DNA from: Octopus sinensis
Lineage: Eukaryota
DNA length: 54,564 nt
Reading direction: 5' to 3'
Assembly: GCF_006345805.1 (NCBI RefSeq)
Contig: NW_021833804.1
Location: 1-54,564 of the forward strand
Position 1 is the first letter of the stretch. Every line of letters begins with the position of its first letter. Both the position numbers and the translations under genes were made by a program. The notes under the pieces were generated by a model, which had not been told where the DNA came from, made no database searches, and worked only from the letters and a program-made list of their open reading frames with translations. Of this stretch, positions 49,401 to 54,564 are shown one piece after another.

Positions 49401-50581
49401 TTGTTATGTATGTATGGAAATAAATGAAATAAATATGAGTTAATGACTTCCTGCCGAAAAATTCTTGGATTCGTTGCAAAAAATGTGACAGTTGGATTTC
49501 TTCATATGAAAACGAAATGACATGGAGAGATTTAGATTTAACATTAGTATTTTTGATATTTGTTCTCTATTTCATAATATTTACTTGGATTTTTCTGGAT
49601 AGGGATAGCTTGTAGGGTGGAGGTACCCAAAAATGTTTTATTTTTTATTTTGTTCTGTTTTGTTATTTTCAATATTGGCAAATCGTATATTTCAATATCG
49701 GAACGATATGGAAGTGTCAAGGTTTAGCGGTGGTGGATCATTTCCTTCTACCATAACCGTTTCCTTGGAATCACAATTTGAAATGTCAGCAGCTTAAGGA
49801 TTCTCACCATAACAAGCATAAGAGAATATTTGGGGCTTCTTTTAATGTTTTTTTTTGTCGCTTTTCTCCGGAAACCTGTAAAAAGTGTTCCTCTGCACCT
49901 TATCTTTATTATCGAATGAAAGCAGTTCATTCCTTATTTTTCTTCTTTTTTTCCATTTTACCGAATTCCGAGAAAGTATTGTTAAGTTAAGAAATGAGAT
50001 CTTTTGTTATAAAATCAACAACTGTCATGGAAAGCGGGAGAAGTAAATAGAATCTTCAGTAGATAGTTCTACTTCATTTTCTCGTATTCTAAATAAAACG
50101 TTTTCAATAGGCGACTCGCTATCGTTGCTTATACCAGAATTTAACCCTGTTTCACTACTTCCCTAGCAACTACAAGCAATACTGGCAAAAAAGAAGGCGA
50201 TTATTCGCAGATATTATCGAAATTCTCGTCTTTTCAGCCAGCGAAATTGCAATCTCAGCCTGTCCATTTGAACAAAGCAAACAAGACGAAGCTTCGCCAT
50301 GGTGTAAAAGTGAACAATATCGTGATTAAAGTCTTTTTTATTCAGCAACACGTCATCGTTCTCGTTTCTGACACATTTCTCATATATCATGAATTGACTT
50401 TCATTCACATTGACGATTGATCAGATTGGATATATAACGTAAATCAGCCAATCATACTGATAGATTGCCAGCCACGCCGAACGTCAGACGTCAGAGATTT
50501 TGCGCTCCTAGGTTAGAAACCGATTACTGTAAAGAAAATTATTACCAATTAACAGAAACAATAACAGTAATAATAATAATA

Positions 50582-50643
<62 letters not shown>

Positions 50644-50797
50644 TAATAATAATATGATGATAATAATAATAATAATAAAATATAATAATAATAATATAAT
50701 AATAATAATAATAATAATAAAATAATAATAATAATAATAATAACAATATTTATTCTTTTATTAGCCACGAGGCTCACATACAAAACAATTATAATAA

Positions 50798-51006
50798 TCC
50801 TTTCTACTATGGGTACAAGGCCTGAATTTCGGAGGAGGGAGTAGTCATTTACATCGACCCCAGTGCTCAACTGGTACTTAATTTATCGACCTCCGAAGGT
50901 ATGAAAGGCAAGTCGACCTCCACGGTTTTTGAACTGGAACGTAGCGCAAACGGAATATCGCTAAGCTTTTGCCCGGCGTGCTAACGATTTTGCCAGCTTT
51001 CCCCCT
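50798..51006 (-). mobile_element. SINE family A monomer (copy 1 of a tandem pair)
   Basis: Homologous to the family A units at 23956-24569. Confidence 0.85.
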
Positions 51007-51008
51007 TA

Positions 51009-51048
<40 letters not shown>

Positions 51049-51095
51049 CATAATAATAATATAATAATAATGATAATAATAATAAAATAAAAATA

Positions 51096-51158
<63 letters not shown>

Positions 51159-51211
51159 TAATTTATTCTTTTATTAGCCACGAGGGCTCACATACAAAAC
51201 AATTATAATAA

Positions 51212-51424
51212 TCCTTTCTACTATGGGTACAAGGCCTGAAATTTCGGAGGAGGGAAGTAGTCATTTACATCGACCCCAGTGCTCAACTGGTACTTAATTT
51301 ATCGACCTCCGAAGGATGAAAGGCAAAGTCGACCTCCACGGTTTTTGAACTGGGAACGTAGCGGCAAACGGAATATCGCTAAGCATTTTGCCCGGCGTGC
51401 TAACGATTTTGCCAGCTTTCCCCC

Positions 51425-51425
<1 letters not shown>
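51212..51425 (-). mobile_element. SINE family A monomer (copy 2 of a tandem pair)
   Basis: Same as 50798-51006 except single-base indels. Confidence 0.85.
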
Positions 51426-51488
<63 letters not shown>

Positions 51489-51492
<4 letters not shown>

Positions 51493-54259
51493 AGAAGCTG
51501 GATACTCACTCAAACCCATCCAAACAGGAGTACCACCACCCAAATAAACCCTGTGGATAAATAACATCCAAAACAAAATACAAAAAATGAGAAAAGATCT
51601 GTCGATTCTTAATGAAATCAGTAGACAGTCAACACTACTGAGTAACGAAAAGAAAACAAAAATACTCCGCAAATACAACACCACAGAAAAAGATTTACCT
51701 GAGATAAAAGAAAAGCTAAAGCAAGATATCCTTGCCAAAGCACAAAGGATCCGCCGGTACGAGAACGCCACGTTCTTTGAACAAAACAAAATGTCAACTC
51801 CAACCCCAAAAGTTCTACCAAGACTTGGCAAAAATAAGATAGAACTCACTGCAGCACCAACGGCAGAGAAGTGGAAGAATTCTGGAGAGAAATATGGTCG
51901 GCGAACGAACAACCAAAAAAAAGGAGTATTAAAACAACAAACTCAGCATCTGAACAACTTTGGACCCCCATAACAACTGAAGAGATCACCCAGGCACTGC
52001 AAAGACTAAGCAACTGGAAGGCACCTGGTCATGACAAGATCCCCAACTTCTGGTTGAAATATCTAACAGGAATGCACAAAAAGCTGGCTGAAAACTTTAA
52101 CAACATACTAGCAGAGCCAGAGACAATGCCTGAATGGTTCACGAAGGGGAAAACGATCTTAATTCCCAAATCAAATGAGACAGCAAAACCAGAAAACTAC
52201 AGACCAATAACCTGTCTCCATACAATGGAGAAGGCATTTACTGCAGTGATATCGTAAAGATTGAACAAGCACCTGGACGAAAACAACCTGTTTCCAGAAG
52301 AGCAGAAAGGATGCCGCAAAGGCTCATATGGCTGTAAAGATCAACTAATGATCAATAAAGCCATAACTGAAGACAGCCACAGAAAGAAGACAGGCCTCAG
52401 TATGGCCTGGATTGACTACAAAAAGGCGTTTAATAGCATCCCCCACACATGGATCCTCGAAACACTAGCCATTAACAAAGTAGCACCAACAATCATAAAA
52501 TTCATAGAGCTCTCTATGAATAAATGGCAAACAGTGCTACAGCTCCAAACAAAAGAAGGACTCATGAAAACCAAAGCCATCCCCATTAGAAGACGAATAT
52601 TCCAGGGAGACACGCTCCCTCCACTCCTTTTCTGCTTGACACTGTCACCTCTATCTGATATGCTAAAGAGAACTGGATGCGGATATAAATGTTACGGCAA
52701 AACGATCAGCCACCTTTTATATATGGATGACCTAAAACTATACGCTGCAAATGACAAACAGCTGGAAACACTATTAAAGACAGTTCATGGATTTACCAAA
52801 GAAATAGATATGAAAAATGCGCCAAAGTAACCATGAAAAGAGGAAAACTAGTTAAGTGTAGCAACATCACACTAGATAAAACCAATGAAATAAAAGAATT
52901 AGATCAAAGCCAAACTTACAAATACCTAGGAACCCATGAACTAGATAAGACACAACACACACAAATGAAAGAGAAAATAAAAAAAGAATATTATAGACGA
53001 GTTAGATCAATACTAAAAACAGAGCTCAATGCTAAAAACAAGATAATAGGTGTTAGCACTTTAGCTGTCCCAGTTGTAAGTTACAGCTACAATATCCTTA
53101 ACTGGACACAAAATGAACTGTCCAAAATAGATAGGAAAACAAGAAAAATACTGACAGGATCTAGGATGCATCACCCAAAATCTGACATAGAAAGACTATA
53201 TATACAAAGTATAGAAGGTGGTAGAGGCCTTATACAGCTGGAAAACTACTATAAAATAACCACCATAGGACTGCAAAAATATCTATTTCAGAAGGAAGGA
53301 AAACTGATACAAATAGCGGCAAAACACGAGCAAAACAAAAAACTGTTCTCAGTATTTAAGGAAGCTGACAAATACAAACAAGAAATCATGCCACCTAACA
53401 AATATGAAAAAGAAGAAGAAGATGATGAAGAAACAACAAAAGCTATAAAACAAATGAGATCCAAGCTAAAACTAGAACAGCAAAGAACCATGATAAAACG
53501 ATGGCAAGAAAAGCCCCTTCATGGTAAATACAGGACTAAACTAAATGCAAAAAAAAAGACAAAGAAAAATCCCAGCAATGGTTGAGAAGCTCAGGACTCA
53601 AAGCAGAGACAGAGGGATTTTTAATTGCAGCACAAGACCAAAGCCTCCCCACCAGAAATTACCAAAAACATGTAATGAAAAGAAATATAAAAAGTAACTG
53701 CAGAATATGTGGAGATGGACAAGAAACAATAAATCATATTATCTCTGGCTGCCCAGTCCTGGCTAAGAAGGAATATATTCACAGACATGGGACCTACATA
53801 CACTGGAAGCTATGCCAACTTTATGGAATGACAACAGAAAAAAGATGGTATAGGCACACACCAGAAAAGGTCACAGAAAACGAGAAAGCAACCATAATCT
53901 GGGATATGCCGATAAACTCAGATAGAGAAATTAAGGCCAACAGACCAGATATAGTTGTCAGAGGTGATAAAGAAAAAAATGCTTTCTAATTGATGTATCA
54001 ATACCAGCAGATGACAACGTGTCTCTAAAAGAAATGGAGAAACTTTCAAAATACAAAGACCTGGAAATAGAGGTAACCAGAATGTGGAATCTAAAAACAG
54101 AAACAATTCCTATCATAGTAGGTGCATTAGGCATGATATAAAAAAATATTCAGACAATACATAACAAAAAACACAGGACTTACAAACACATATAACATAC
54201 AGAAAATTGCACTACTAGGCACTGCATACATCCTACGCAGAACACTTTCCATACAATAA
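51489..54259 (+). pseudogene. RT, zinc knuckle and restriction-like endonuclease polyprotein with stops and frameshifts
   Basis: Successive track ORFs 51587-53989 plus the terminal segment ending ILRRTLSIQ stop at 54257-54259. Confidence 0.88.
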
Positions 54260-54353
54260 CCATCAGAGCATCACAACAAATCACAGCACATACCCAAGGC
54301 ACACAGAGCTACGCTCGGTAGTGAAGTGAAAGCACGCTATGAAAATAAAACTA

Positions 54354-54356
<3 letters not shown>
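51489..54356 (+). mobile_element. R4/Dong-clade non-LTR retrotransposon (RT plus RLE), 5'-truncated, inside (TAA)n
   Basis: [75 protein letters not shown]...LIDVSIP, KYKDL; (AAT)n at 51427-51488 and 54357-54485. Confidence 0.88.
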
Positions 54357-54389
<33 letters not shown>

Positions 54390-54430
54390 TAATAATAATA
54401 AATAATAATAATATAATAATAATAATAATC

Positions 54431-54467
<37 letters not shown>

Positions 54468-54494
54468 AATAATAACAATAATAACAAACAAAAA

Positions 54495-54564
54495 TGTAGA
54501 AGCTGTATCTGGATCCACAAGACAACACACTATCCAAAAAATAGCCCTGCTAGGATCAGCCCAC
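54495..54564 (+). mobile_element. Start of a second, diverged R4/Dong-type 3' fragment running off the window
   Basis: Encodes EAVSGSTRQHTIQKIALLGSAH, paralogous to NIQKIALLGTAYIL at 54195-54235. Confidence 0.7.

Noticed and set aside
49440-49520. [11 protein letters not shown], like a PHD-finger fragment of pogo-type transposases
   Set aside because: Only 11 residues; the following His/Cys ligands are absent and no other transposase sequence is nearby.
54305-54316. GAGC-TAC-GCTC hairpin in the R4 3' UTR, same stem as hammerhead stem II
   Set aside because: No flanking catalytic core; a 4-bp stem is expected by chance.

Overview
Eukaryotic, AT-rich, non-genic (intergenic or intronic) DNA. 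The microsatellite load and the SINE, mariner and LINE families look like an Octopus (coleoid cephalopod) genome; this is inferred from recalled repeat families, not a database hit. No host protein-coding gene, rRNA, tRNA or CRISPR array can be supported, and most ORFs in the track are translated microsatellites. The window is a layered record of mobile DNA. DNA transposons: several IS630-Tc1-mariner lineages (DD34D mariners, one DD37D and one DD41D remnant), a Chapaev3-like element nested in a mariner with a TTA target duplication, two Helitron-type elements and several fold-back MITEs. Retroelements: CR1/L2-group LINE 3' ends, a Tx1/L1 3' end inside a (GATA)n tract, a ~2.9 kb R4/Dong-type element inside (TAA)n, Penelope-like remnants and at least three tRNA-derived SINE families. 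The most interesting signals are four hammerhead-ribozyme-like motifs (one with full type-I topology and a GUC site), two apparently microsatellite-associated retrotransposons, a SINE trimer with one 16-bp target duplication, a SINE/LINE shared 3' stem-loop with a compensatory base pair, an old segmental duplication that preserves an empty mariner site, and a 246-codon decayed reading frame I cannot assign. All alignments and counts were done by eye.
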